A DNA stretch of 49,608 nt, taken from assembly GCA_003693705.1 (NCBI GenBank), contig RBZT01000294.1:1-49608 (forward strand), given 5' to 3'. The notes beneath the pieces are model-generated. The model was not told the origin of the DNA, made no database searches, and was given only the letters and a program-made list of their open reading frames with translations. The stretch's first letter is position 1; each line of letters opens with the position of its first letter. The stretch comes from Polymyxa betae A26-41. Lineage: Eukaryota; Protista; Endomyxa: Phytomyxea. The position numbers were made by a program, and so were the translations under genes. Below are positions 12,920 to 25,699 of the stretch, piece after piece.

Positions 12920-12931
12920 TGTGTGTGTGTG
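12860..12931. repeat. (GA)n plus (GT)n microsatellite
   Basis: About 20 GA units followed by a GT run. Confidence 0.95.
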
Positions 12932-13335
12932 GACAGTAGAGAGAATGAGGGGTGGACGGAGTATTTCCATCAGCAATCGACAGATGGAAATGTGCGCGTC
13001 TGTCGACAGACAAAACAAAGTACCCCGACTGTGTAAAAAAAATGGGAAAATGCGCGACTGTATAGGAACGCACTTTTTAAGTGTGAATCCCAATGATGAT
13101 GACCAGGGGGTTCGGCTTTGTGCTACCACCACATTGGTAATAGGCTGTAACACCATCTTCAAGATTGCCAAACTTTTCGCATCGCAGCGCAATCTACCAA
13201 ATCTGATTGTCATACAAGAATTGAATGATTCTGATCAATGATTTGGCAAAGACTGCGCGATTAATTGTGTTGCACCATGACCGCGCAAGTTTCGCACCGG
13301 CTATGCCAGACTTCCATTAGTGATTAGCCTGATCA

Positions 13336-15359
13336 TGTTTGGCCGGGCGATTCCCTTCCTGATACTGAGTCTATCTGAGTGCTTCGCTGCTTGCTGTCTT
13401 GGGCCTTGTAATGTTACAGACTCTCAGGAAGAGACTCCTAACAGTGTCTGTCTTCCCGATCTCAATGTGAGTCTCTATCTTCCCGATCTCACCGACACAG
13501 GAGAATGTCAGGAAGAGGTCACCTCACTTTTACCTGATGCGGGATCTTTATCAACATCATCCTCTTTATTCCATCATACAGATATTATTCCAGCTTTACC
13601 TCCTACAAAGCAATCTATCATTGTAATGTTTCCTTATCAAGTTTCAGGTCTTCATAATCGATGCGTTTTTCATAATCAGATTGATGAAGCGGTTGAAATT
13701 CTCTCCCGGAAACGTTCTCGTTTTGACGAGACTTGTTCACTAACAGAACTTCCTTGCTCCTTCAATCATGATGTGACTGATTTCAATGACTATAACAGTC
13801 TCTGCAAGTTTCTGGTGATTTTTTGAGACGCCTTTTTGTCCAGCTCTGGAATGACTGTAGGTTAGATCAAAGAGCCGAATGATGAAGAACTTCGTTCTCT
13901 GTCTTCAAAGCCCGATTGCGATGCAGTTCCATACTCCAAGATCAATTGTCATTTTGTTATTACTGTGAAAGGACATGATCTGGATCTGAGCGAAATCATT
14001 CGAATCCGTTCTTCTGAGAGCACATTACAGAGGCTGATTCTGATTGTGAATCTGTATCGGAAATTGATCTGGGCCTCTCGGAAATATGAATGGATTTTGA
14101 GCAAGGATGAATGGACAATACGGGATTGGATGGCTCAAGTGTGTCGTCCTGTACTACGATGTGTCATACAGTGCTGTCAGAAAGATCTCCGGAGATTTCA
14201 GACACTCTGGGGGAATCCCTTCAGTCATTGGAATCTCCATAAAGAATGTTCCGGAGATAAATGCCGATCTAAACTGTCAGCTGCTGAACAGTTGATGAAT
14301 CTGTTCCGAAACCGTTCTGGAACCTCTATTAACCCTCCTGATCTACAGAATGACGAAAATCCGTTTTCAAAACGGATTAAATTTGGTTCACCACCAAAGC
14401 AACTTATTCTGCCACTGTTTAGTTTTTTTCCTGAATCTTTGAGCTTTTTTGATATCAATGTCGCGAGGATCACAGACTACACTACTCTGTGTGCTTTTCT
14501 GGTGAGATTTATTCATATTAAATGGGGAATCTCACACTGAATCTGTAATACAGAAAATGCTGCCTGATGATGATGAGTACGCGTTTCTTACTGATACGAA
14601 CATATTGTTCCCATCAAAAGGAAGAATTCAAGTTGCAAAAGACCCCATTATTATCAATTTTCTCGATGATCAGCTCATATTGACCGAAACCACGGAAATC
14701 TCGGCTTCGGAGACCACTTTACAGAGGTTGGTTTTCGTTCTGCCAATGTTTAGCATTTTTCCTGACATTCTGAACTTGTTTGATTTTTGGTGTCGAGAAG
14801 ATCACAGACTATACTACTCTGTGTGCTTTTCTGGTGAGATTTATTCATATTGAATGGAGATTCTCACTCTGAATCTGTATTACAGAAAAAGTGTCCTGAT
14901 GATGACGAGTACGCGTTTCTTACTGATACAAACATATTGTTCCCACCAAAGGGTAGAAAATTCGAAGCAAAAGACCCCATTATTATCAAAGTTCTCGATG
15001 ATCAGATCCTATTGACCGAGACCTCGGAAATTCCAACTTCGGAGACCACGTTACAGAAGTTGATATTGATGGCCAGTTTATTTCGAAGATTTGTTCGGTC
15101 CAAGATTACCGACCCGAAATTCAGCATCACACGTGAAGGCTGTCGTGATTGGCTGCGGCGAAGCTGTTACTCAGTTCTCTCCTGTGTTGCAATATGCTGT
15201 CAGAATGATCTTCGGATTTTTCAATCTCGATGGGGAAATCCGTTTCCGCATAGTCGTTTTAGCAAGCTTTGCTCCAGGCACAATGGCAAGCATACAAAGT
15301 GCGGTTATGAGACACTCAATGTTAGTGACAAAAGTATACACTCCGTCCAAATTCTGTAA
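13336..15359 (+). CDS. Family copy 3: short form lacking module 3, with an internal partial-module duplication and one +1 frameshift
   Basis: MFGRAIPFLILSLSECFAA start and GT-AG introns at the family positions. Segment ~14410-14730 is duplicated at ~14735-15060. Extra T in the T-run at 14784-14788. Stop at 15357-15359 with AATAAA at 15382. Confidence 0.65.
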
Positions 15360-16120
15360 ATTCTAACAAGAGTATTTCATCAATAAAACATTGGCTAATT
15401 TTACTCAGATCCTCCATTTCCAGAAGCTTCATGTTATTCTATGCTCTTGGAATTGAGACATGGGTTCATCATACCGAAAGGCCTGTTGAGTTTATTGCCT
15501 TCGAATTGAGTTCGGGTCAGATTTCCGAGTAGTTAACACTACAGACAGACTTTTACTTCCCTTCGTCTCGCAATTTTGAAACATATTAGGATCCCATTTC
15601 CTGAGACAGAAGCTGAGCAGTCCGAATTCTGTTCGTTTGTAATTTTAGCCACATTACGATCTCTTCGTGTAGAGCTGCCCGAGAGATTCTGCTCGTTTTC
15701 CGGGGCGGATCACGACCAGGATTGAGATCCGTCACTCAAACAAGACGCGGTAGCTCGAGGTGTCGACAGTACCCCGTCACCAGGCGAACTGGTGACCAAT
15801 TGAATAAGCTATATTGAGGCGCGTAAACATAAGCAACGAGTCCAAATGAAGACGGCTTCCTCTATAGCGAGGAGCCTTTGGCTGCGTGCGTAGCAGGGTC
15901 GTTACAGAATTTGAAAAGAATGTGATTTATTGAGAAACATTTTCTTAACGATTGATGGAGTCAGTCCAGAGAGAATTCTGCTTTCAAATTCAGGAAAAGG
16001 ACACAGAAGGCTTCCCACTGTAGGGAGGCCGCTCCCCGGTTGTGACAACTGACAATAAGCGTGGCGCAACCTTATAGAAAACGCAAAATACCCCAAATCT
16101 GAATCTTTATTCACGAAATA

Positions 16121-16635
16121 CCCCAAAACCGCAGTTTTAAAAATTACAGTGGCGCACTTTCAAGTAGGCGCACGATTTTCGATTATTTTAGCGTATCTTT
16201 GTCTTTTATAGACGTAATGGCTTCATTTGAAGTTGTCACGAGCTGTGAGCCTTTCCAAGAGCTGCAGTCTCCCTTCGGGAGCATTACAGCTTTCCGACAG
16301 AAGTTACGATTGATATGCGTTAGGACGAACTGCGATTATATCGTCCACAAAAGTGAACAGACAAAAACATATAGCTCTTTGTCGTTCAATATTCAGTTTA
16401 TCTGTTCAAGAACGTTAACTTCCGGGCGTATGTTAATTCCGGGTTAGGCAGAGAGACAGCTCTGTTAAGGCGAAAGTTCTCAATCTGCAACATTCACCAT
16501 CCATTCTGTAAAGATTCCTTGGTGTGCTCTGCCAAGTCTCAAGCTTTAATCGAAATCTATATCGTACCGGTTTTTGAGAATCGTGCGCCCAGTCGAAAGT
16601 GCGCCACTGCAATTTTTAAAACTGCGGATTTGGGG
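16121..16635. mobile_element. MITE with ~60-bp TIRs flanked by TA (Tc1/mariner-type)
   Basis: Left end TA|CCCCAAAACCGCAGTTTTAAAAATTACAGTGGCGCACTTTC. Right end GAAAGTGCGCCACTGCAATTTTTAAAACTGCGGATTTGGGG|TA. No transposase motif recognised. Confidence 0.85.
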
Positions 16636-16649
16636 TACGTATAGAAAAT

Positions 16650-17010
16650 TGAGTCCAAAAATATCTGTTGAAATTGTAAAGCGAAGAACATCAACTACTA
16701 AATGTAAAGACAACATTAATCAACAAAAGGATTTTCGAGACAAATATAAGGAACTAGAGATCAGTAACTTCCATGCAGCACTTTATGATCCTCATAGTGA
16801 CTTTATGGGTGAGTTCTTCTCCTGCGCATATGACAACGAATGTGATATATAACGAACTATATAGAAAGCTGGGCACACGCAATAGGGGAGTAGTAGATGA
16901 GTTATGGTATATGGGTTCGAGTATCTGTACGATTGGGCAGGTGCCAACCTTATCATGTCGAACCTCTTATAGATCATCCTAATAGGGCCGAACGAGATCT
17001 AGACTAACAT
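16650..17010 (+). mobile_element. LINE 3'-end relic
   Basis: Similar to 27500-27780 and to the reverse complement of 33950-34200 (DKYKELEI-like coding relic, then a GGGTTCGAGT...ATTGGGC tail). Confidence 0.55.
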
Positions 17011-18117
17011 AAATGGGTGAAATAATTGATAGCTCTGAAACAGGAAGTAGGAGTCCTGGTAGATATTAAGGCGATGCCTCAGTACTACCAGCCTTGCTCT
17101 ATGGATACAGCGCCGCCTGTTAACAATTATCAACAAACTTGTATGGTCCAATCCTATCTGCTCCGGTCAAGTTCGTTACATGTGGAATTTACAACTTCTG
17201 AGTGATTCGAGGGTCTCTGGATTCCACCCCGATCCGATATCAAATTGGTAACATGCTTCGATGTAAGATGTAACGTACGACACGTGATCTAACAGGAAGA
17301 ATTTTTACAGAGATATCGGGTAAGTATATTGTTCATATATTGGGACATTTTATACCTCATTATCAATTGTAGCATTTTTTAAACCTGAATATCGTTAAGC
17401 ACAGCGATTATTGTAGGAAAAACCTACTTTGGGGTACTATGACCAGGATACTCTGTCAATTGAGTGATCATGCCCGAGATTTTCCCCCATTGTGCGTCGA
17501 ATCCAGATCTCGACATATCATGGATAAGCAACATCTACCTAGGCGCAGAGGTGCGGTTTGCCTTTAACACGCAAAAATGAGCAACTTGTTGGCGGCTCAC
17601 TCTGTAGACTCAGGCCACGCGCTGCAGAATTGTGTCCGCGAGCCTACAGGCTCGTGTGTTTGTTGAAGACACTGATTTCGATAACTAATTTATTCATGTT
17701 CGCGAGCCTAGGAGAGTAAACTCACCTGTTCGATGAGATTTTAAGGATGATGCTATTGATTAGAAGGATGAATCAATCACATCTGGAAACTGCGTTGTTT
17801 AGCTGTCTCATCCGGGCCTTGGATGCTACTTCTCGTTACCAATCAAATAAATGGTTTGGCGGACTGTGGCTTCTTGTTAGTAGATTCTCTAAGACAACTC
17901 ATTCCTGCGAATTCAACACAGCTCCGAAGACCGATTGAAAGACCTCATTTGCCGGGAATTGGTTGGCACAGAGATTGTCTTCCTCATACTGAGACTATCT
18001 GTGTGCTTGGCTGCTTTCAGTTCCGGGTCTTTTAAAGTTACAGTTCCTCTCGACATTCACGTTGCAGAATCGAGAGTCGGATGCTCTGTCAGAAAAAAGT
18101 CCCATCTTTCTAACACG

Positions 18118-18810
18118 CATTATAGGAACCGGTTCTCTATGATTCATCTTCGATCCGAGTTGTCTCTAATCTTCCCTATTCCAACAACCTCTTAGATCCC
18201 TCATTAAACCTGGATGTAAATTTTGATGTATGAAATGATTATATAACTGTGATAGTATGAAATGAATACATTTTTTAGATATTCACTGAGAATGTTGGAC
18301 ATCCCACCTGATATTGGAATGTTATCAACACCTTCATTACACCATGCAGATACTGTTCCAGATTTAGCTCCTATTCAGGAAACTATCAATGTAATGCTCC
18401 CTTTTCCAACTCTAATGTTTCAGAAATCGCTGAGATTTTATAACCAGAATGATGGGCATATTATTTTTACAAACCAGCTTGAAGTCACTCATGTTGCTGT
18501 CCCTCCTCTTGACTTCCATGATACAGAGCCCGTAGTTGATTTCTTTCTCTGAATGAAGTTCATCTCATTATCATGCATTATAGGAACGGATCATCTATGA
18601 CTCGTATCCAATACAAACTTTCTCTGATCTTCTCAATATGAATAACCACTCAGACCCCTCATCTAATCTTGATGTAAATTTTAATGTATGAAATGATTAT
18701 ATAACTGTGATATTATGATATTGATTTATTATTCAGATCTTCAATGAGAATGAAATTTGTGAAATGTTGGACATTCCTCCTGATATTGGAATGTTATCAA
18801 CATCAACATC
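18118..18810 (+). repeat. ~460-bp tandem duplication inside copy 4
   Basis: CATTATAGGAAC...GTATGAAATGATTATATAACTGTGATA at ~18118-18255 and ~18577-18712. Each is followed by CCTGATATTGGAATGTTATCAACA. Confidence 0.85.
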
Positions 18811-18831
18811 TTTATTACATCATTCAGATAA

Positions 18832-19420
18832 CGGTTGTATCTTTTCTCCCCGCAGGGAGAACGGGCCGCGCTGCCCCGCGGGGAGAAAAGGCTGCGCATC
18901 CGCGCAAGCTTCTGTACTGTCACTAAACACTAAACAGTAAGGAGTATGTCTACCGTCCGGGGCCGCGCTGCTTAGTGGCTGCCTGTCTGTGTGGCGGGTA
19001 TCTTTTAGGGCTTTTTTACGGCCTTTTAAAGGGGCTTTTTTGTGGGGCGTTTCTGGGGTGTCTTTTGGGGGCTTGTTTCAGGTGTTATTTTCGTGGTGTT
19101 TAGGGTGTATTCCACCTCCCGTAAGCAAGAATCAAATCTACCGCGATTTGGTCTGGTGGAAAGTTTCCTATCGGGTTGTCAGAAGTCAAGTTCAGAGTTC
19201 GAGTACCATGCTTGAGATTCTTTTTTTAGTGAATTGAGTTTCTGACTTCCAAAAATTTCTAAGTCCCGACGAAACTCCGTGAGCTTGCCGGAGCGCTCTG
19301 TTTAGTCATACTCCTTACTGTTTAGTGACAGTACAGAAGTTTGCGCGGATGCGCAGCCTTTTCTCCCCGCGGGGCAGCGCGGCCCGTTCTCCCCGCGTGG
19401 AGAAAAGATATATACAACCG
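18832..19420. mobile_element. Non-autonomous Mutator-like TIR element
   Basis: ~115-bp near-perfect TIRs (CGGTTGTAT...GGAGTATG / CATACTCC...ATACAACCG) and a 9-bp TSD TTCAGATAA at 18823-18831 and 19421-19429. Removing it restores exon 2 of copy 4. Confidence 0.9.
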
Positions 19421-22379
19421 TTCAGATAATATCCAAGTTTTACCTCTCTTCAGGAGTCTATCAATGTATTGTTTCCTTTTCAAATCTCATGTCTTGGGGA
19501 TTTCTGAGATGTAACTAACAGAATATTGAATCAGTTCAAAACTATCTCCCGGAAACGTCCTCGAACTGACAAGACATCATCACCAACTGACCTTCTGTCT
19601 TCCTTCAATCATGATGTGACTGATATCAATGATTATAACAGTCTCTGCAAGTTTCTGGTGAATTTTTGATGAGCTTTTGTTTTCCTGTATATTGACTGTA
19701 GATTAGATCAAAGAGCCGAAAGATGAAGAACTTCATTCTCTTTCTTCAAAGACCGAGGATAATGCAGTTCAATACTCCAGCAAAAACACTCCATTTGTCA
19801 TCAATGTGAATGGACATGATCTGGATGTGAGCGAAATCAAACGAATCCGTTCTGCTCGGAGCACATTACAGAAGCTGATTCTGATTGCGAATCTGTATCG
19901 GAAATTGATCTGGGCCTCTCGGAATTATAAATGATCTTGGAAGAGGGTTGATGGGAAACTACGGAAATCGATGTATGATGTGTGTCGTCCTGTATTGCGA
20001 TGTCTCGTTGAATGCTATCAGAACGATCTCCGGATGTTTCAGGCAGTCTGGGGTAATCCCTTCAGTCACTGGAATCTCCGTAAAGAATGTTCCGTAGATG
20101 AATGCCGATCTAAGCTGCCGGCTGCCGATCATTCTATCAGTCATGTCCGCGATAGTTCTTTCATCTGTTTTGACAATCATAATCTACAGATTGACGAAAA
20201 TCCGTCCTTACAACGGATGAATCTTAGTTCACCATTAAAGCATTTCGTTCTGCCAATGTTAGGTCTTTTCCCCGACTTTCTGAAATCGTTTAATTTTGGA
20301 GTTGAGAAGATCACAGACTACACTACTCTATGTGCTTTTCTTGTGAGATTTATTCATATTGAATGCGGAATATCACTCTGAATCTGTAATTCAGAAAAAG
20401 CATCGTGATGATGACGAGTACGCGTTTCTTACTGATACAAACATATTGTTCCCACCAAAGGGTAGAAAATTCGAAGCAAAAGACCCCATTATTATCAAAG
20501 TTCTCGATGATCAGAACATATTGTCTGAAATCTCGGAAATTCCAGCTTCGGAGACCACGTTACAGAAGTTGATATTGGTGGCCAGTTTATGTCTAAAATT
20601 AGTTCGGGCCAGTATAACTGACCCGAAATTGAGCATGAGACGTGGATGCTTTGATTATTGGCTGCGCGTTACATGTTTCTCGGTCCTTTCATTTGCTACA
20701 ATATGCTGTCAGAATGATCTTCGGATTTTTCAATCTCGATGGGGAAATCCGTTCTCGCATTCTCGTTTTCGGGAGCTTTGTTCTAGGTACAATGGCAAGA
20801 GTAACCAGTGTGGATTTGAGACTCTCATTGTCAGTAACAATCTGGATTTCTCCATTGAATCACAGCTAGTTTTTGATAGATCATGATCATTGTCTATTGA
20901 ATAATTCATTGAAAGGATTTAAAACGGTATAACACTGTTCAAGTTTATTGGTATTTTCTGAATATATCACAGAAGCTCATGCTGGATTCAGCTAATGAGT
21001 GATTCCATGAAGAAGCGGAAATTGAATCCATCACCTGATCTGAGTGAATATCTCGAAGATTCTCTTCATCCAATATTCTACTGTCTTGAACATCATTGTA
21101 ATAATGATGTCAATTATTTCTCTCATATATTTGGACATTATATAGATCACTATCAATTTAAGCAGAATTGCTGTTCTGGACATACTGGACAATGTCCTGC
21201 TCTATCTAGATCAATAAACAATAGTTCAACTTGATACTCAGCTCTACAGGAGTTAAAGTTCCATTTTTCTTCTGTTTCTGAGAATAAAAAATGAATGCAG
21301 CAAACCAATGGGAGCGCTACGGAGAAGCGAAGGACAAAAGTTGTGTGTTGTCTTTTAGCAATGGCGCTTTTGTTGAGCAAGCAATATATGACTATACGGT
21401 GTCCAATGTGCATTATGACGAGGTAGTGTAGCTGTACTGCATTGTGCATCAAGTATTTATTAAATTAAACAATCAACGAAAGGCGAACTTGAAGAAAAGT
21501 GTTTTTAAGTTTTCAACTTCTCTGGTCTGAAAGGGATCATTTTGGCAAAACCATCCTCATTCAGAGCTCTAATTTGCGGCTGGGAGCTTTTCTCATTCGA
21601 AAATTCTGCCCTGAGTGTCATCGAGCCTGCCCTGTGGCGTCTTTTTTCGGATCGGGATCATCGCTGCAAACTCATTAAGGAGGCAATTCCGAAGGATGTC
21701 ATCTTCGAATGAAGAAAACCAAAGGAGTTTCCGGCTGGGGACCGGAAATGGTCGCAGATGGTTCTGCCGGACCATCGAATATATATCATCATCGAAAAAG
21801 GCTCCAAGTTATACATGTATCGGATCTAGAATTTGATCTTAACAAAATTCATTCCGCTGGAGATTGTTTGGATATTCGGAGATGACAGGAGAGCATTGGT
21901 TGTCTATCAATATTTGATCATCAAGCTGAATAGCAATGGACATTAAACCAGCCGAATTAGTATCACTGTAATATATTGACCGAGTTTGATCAGCTTTTTT
22001 ATAAGACTCTTTGTAGGATTCCGCTTGAACGGGATTCGCTGCCCAACCACGGACGATTCTCGCTGCAATTCCGTCTACAACTCATTACTTTTCCGCTCGG
22101 TATTGCCTGCCTCAGATACAGGACGGCTATCTGATTGAGAATCGTCCCATCGATTACAATTGAACGATGCATCAACATCGTCAACAGCAGGAGCAAGATT
22201 CCCTTTCGAAGTGGATAAATGGCTCTGTCTATCGAATTCTGGTCCAGACAAAGGCACTCGTAGAGAAAAAGACGCAATATTATTCGGATGAAAAAAAAGT
22301 ATTGATTAAGATAAATTAGCACTTTATCTAAGCTGGCAACCACACAAGAGCCAGATATACAAATAGTTGAAAAAAACAA

Positions 22380-22451
22380 TGCAGACACTGAGAGTCGAAC
22401 TCAGGTGATCAGCACCACAAGCTGGTATCCTGCCAACTAGATGATGTCTGC
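22380..22451 (-). tRNA. trnH-GTG: tRNA-His(GTG)
   Basis: Reverse complement GCAGACATCATCTAGTTGGCAGGATACCAGCTTGTGGTGCTGATCACCTGAGTTCGACTCTCAGTGTCTGCA. 7-bp acceptor stem, GTG anticodon, TTCGA T-loop, and a downstream oligo-T Pol III terminator. Confidence 0.9.
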
Positions 22452-22971
22452 AGATTGTACATGTTATGCGGCGTAGATTCTGAAGAGAGCAGAGATAGAT
22501 GTGAGAGTATTGATATCACTAAAGAAGTGGAATTGTATTATTTGTAAAGTATCAGATCGTAGAGAGCTGATGGAGGATTCACTCATCTTGGATGAGAATC
22601 TTGTTGACGTCACTTCCGCCGGAAGCAGGGCACACTAGCGTGACCAGGCTGTTCTGGCTAACAGTTTCCATTTCAATCTGTGTGATGAAGACAGGCAATG
22701 GTTTCTAATCAATCGAGAGTTAATCAAAGCTATTGAAATCTCGAGATTTTTCTTACAGCGTTCACATTGATATTCTAGATTCAAGGCCCATCAACATCAT
22801 CACAATCAGAATGTCGTCACATGATGGTGAAGCAGATCCATTGCTGACGAACAGCCAAATGCAATCGGTCGGGTCGCGGACCGTACTCACCGCGTCGTAC
22901 TGCGTCATCTAACTGGTGGTGATCTTCCGGTTGTTAGTTTCTTCGGGCGGATTTCTCATTGGTTTGTTTAA

Positions 22972-23292
<321 letters not shown>

Positions 23293-23822
23293 AGTCGATT
23301 TCATTAAATTTTATGGAGTGTCGTTTTCGGCATCCTTCATATAAACTCTGTTATAATGCAGCGATTTTCTGCATGCTGGTTTTAATGTTGTCAGCAAGAC
23401 TAAACTCTAGGTTTTGCGAATCAATCACTAAGTAAACGCCAAAAGAAAGGAATGCAGATTAAGGACCACATATTGGATAAGTGAACCTTAGATCTGTATG
23501 TATTCATCTGAAACAAAATTGAATTGCTTAAACCTGAAGCCACTCTTAAATAAAATCTCGTCCAATCTGAGCAGAGAAGAATTTCCACACAATAAGCAAT
23601 CCCTTGGTAGCATTAAAGTACAGAATCCGTGAATGAGCAACAAGCAGATGAAGCGGCCTAGCGATATCCTCAGCGTCTCATCACGAATCAGACAATTTGT
23701 CAGAGGGCGTCGAGATGAGACGAAGAGAAGTCGACGGGACCGGGGGCTGCGCCTGTGGAAGGAGGCTGCGCCCACTTGGTCTCTCTCTCTCCTCCAAGGC
23801 TCTCTCGCTCTCTCTTCACATC

Positions 23823-24547
23823 ATGTCTATGAATGCATTCGGATTGCAGACCCAGCTGAGCGAGGCCGAGAACGAGCGCCTGGTCGATAGCCTGCAGGAC
23901 CTGCAGATTCTCGACGCCCAGAGAATGTATAACGTCACTGTACAGCGCTGCTTCATGCGCTGCATTAGTGACTTTCGCGGAAGGTACCGTCCATGGTTTC
24001 ATATTTTCAGCTTGTCTGGCCGTTTTTTTTAACTTTTCACTTTACTCAACGTCTGATTTGTCATATTGCTATTCGATTTTTTTGTTGATATCCAATTGGA
24101 TTCTAAACTATTAATTTGGCACCTTTCGTGCTTCATTTTTATAGTCTTTGATGTTATGTATCGCCTTTATATTCAGTTTCCAGTGCGTTGAATAGTGAAA
24201 ATAATGTTTGCCTTTCTATTCTCTTATGTCATTTTACGATGTCTACCCAATCTTACATTTGGGATGCGATTTTCAATTCCAAAGAAATTTTAGGGCCCAT
24301 TTTTCGCAACTGATCGACTTTTATTCTTGAAACTGTATTTAATCTTTTTAGCGATTTTCCATGTCTTGATACTGTGCTGTTCAAATTGCTTTATTAATTA
24401 TGTGTATTCAGAGCGCTTGATCAAACAGAGTCTCGCTGTCTCGATATCTGCTGTGAGAAGTCAGTGAAGGCCTTGCAGCGGGCTGGAGCTCGTTTCGCTG
24501 AGCAGAACATGGGTCAACCTGGCGCTCAGCCGAATCCGCAAACATAA
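23823..24547 (+). CDS. TIM9: Small Tim chaperone (Tim9-like, twin CX3C), two exons
   Basis: Exons 23823-23983 and 24412-24547 with a GT-AG intron. Spliced protein ...YNVTVQRCFMRCISDFRGRALDQTESRCLDICCEK...RFAEQN. Confidence 0.85.
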
Positions 24548-24980
24548 ATTATGCATCCTGCAATGCAAAGATTCTGCCTTATTCGGCAATTGACACCAGA
24601 GCTGCTGTATCGCTTATTGCTGTGCCTTTTTTTAGGTCCGGATTCATGATCACGTTTTTTTCTCCCATTCAAAATTTTATAAGCTGGGAAAGAATCTGCT
24701 CTCTCAAAGCGACGACAGTTCATGATAGCCACAGAACTGAGAATTTAAATGAAACTCGAGTTGCTGTGCTTGGCAGAAAATTTTATCAAAATGTGTCATG
24801 TGCTTTATCAGCATTAGATTGATAGAACTTTAAGACACATCACAGATTACTGTAGCATTATTGATCAAAGCATCCATTCAAAAGTTTCGCGACGTTAGAA
24901 AATTTAATGAACTCAGATCGATTTATAATCGGAAATTTACATTTACAGATGGATGTTTAAAGGAATGATGATGCAGATTC

Positions 24981-25304
24981 TTAGACGGACTGGAGAGACT
25001 TGGTGGTAGCGACGAAGCCGGTGTTGCGCTTTGACATCATCTTGCGGCGGACGACGAAGAGGACCCCGGCGATAACGAACGAGATGAACAATCCGATACC
25101 GACATACAGAGAGACGTAGTCGGCGGTCGTCACTGATAGCCCATGTTACATCACCATACAAGGAAACGACGACCTGGGCGGCTTACGGGGTTTGTCGAAG
25201 ACGGAAGGCTTCTGTTTCTTGCTCTCCTCCTTCTTCTCCTCCTGGGCGGAGGCGACGACGGCGAATAGAGCCAGGGCGAGGACGAGCAGGTGCAGGAACT
25301 TCAT
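24981..25304 (-). CDS. 89-aa signal-peptide plus single-TM (type I) membrane protein, two exons
   Basis: Exons 25304-25187 and 25132-24981 with a 54-bp GTAAG...CAG intron. MKFLHLLVLALALFAVVASAQEEKKEESKKQKPSVFDKPLTTADYVSLYVGIGLFISFVIAGVLFVVRRKMMSKRNTGFVATTKSLQSV. GC3-rich codons. Confidence 0.85.
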
Positions 25305-25699
25305 GACGAGATCGGGAATGAGAGGACGACGAGCGGGTGGAGAACGAGCTCCGCCCGCGGACTCCGTAGATCTGGGTCATGATAGCGCCGAGAATCGTAT
25401 AAACAAGCGCGGCCTCTCGAAATTGTCATCTGATGGCTGGTTAAACAATGTGCGCAAGTGGGAAATCAAGTTTTCCGTGAATGAAGAGTTTGCGAGGGTT
25501 GAGTTTCGCAGGACCCTTTTTTTTCAAATTTTAACTGGAAAACTGCGTAACTGCGAAATGAAATTGTGCGCAAGTAAAAGGTTACCAATTCTCAGTTTGT
25601 TTTTCCGCAGTTGTTTTTTATTGAATCAATAGTGTCTTTCCAAATTGCTCAACTCTCTGGTGAATGGTATAAATTGTCCGAGATTTTATGGTTGGAGAG

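Larger units (their letters stand above)
17959..21234 (+). pseudogene. Family copy 4 (extended duplicated N-terminus, Mutator-like insertion, three modules)
   Basis: Diverged signal peptide LVGTEIVFLILRLSVCLAA with TTG in place of ATG. Premature TGA at ~19932. Modules 1-3 recognisable through to CSGHTGQCPAL. Confidence 0.85.

Noticed and set aside
12716-13241. ORFs with RERERE or SLSLSL runs
   Set aside because: They are translations of the (GA)n microsatellite and of upstream non-coding sequence.
15339-15922. MITE truncating copy 3
   Set aside because: Only 12 bp (CAAATTCTGTAA/TTACAGAATTTG) match perfectly and there is no TSD. The left part is homologous to gene sequence and is followed by a stop and AATAAA, so a natural 3' end is more likely.
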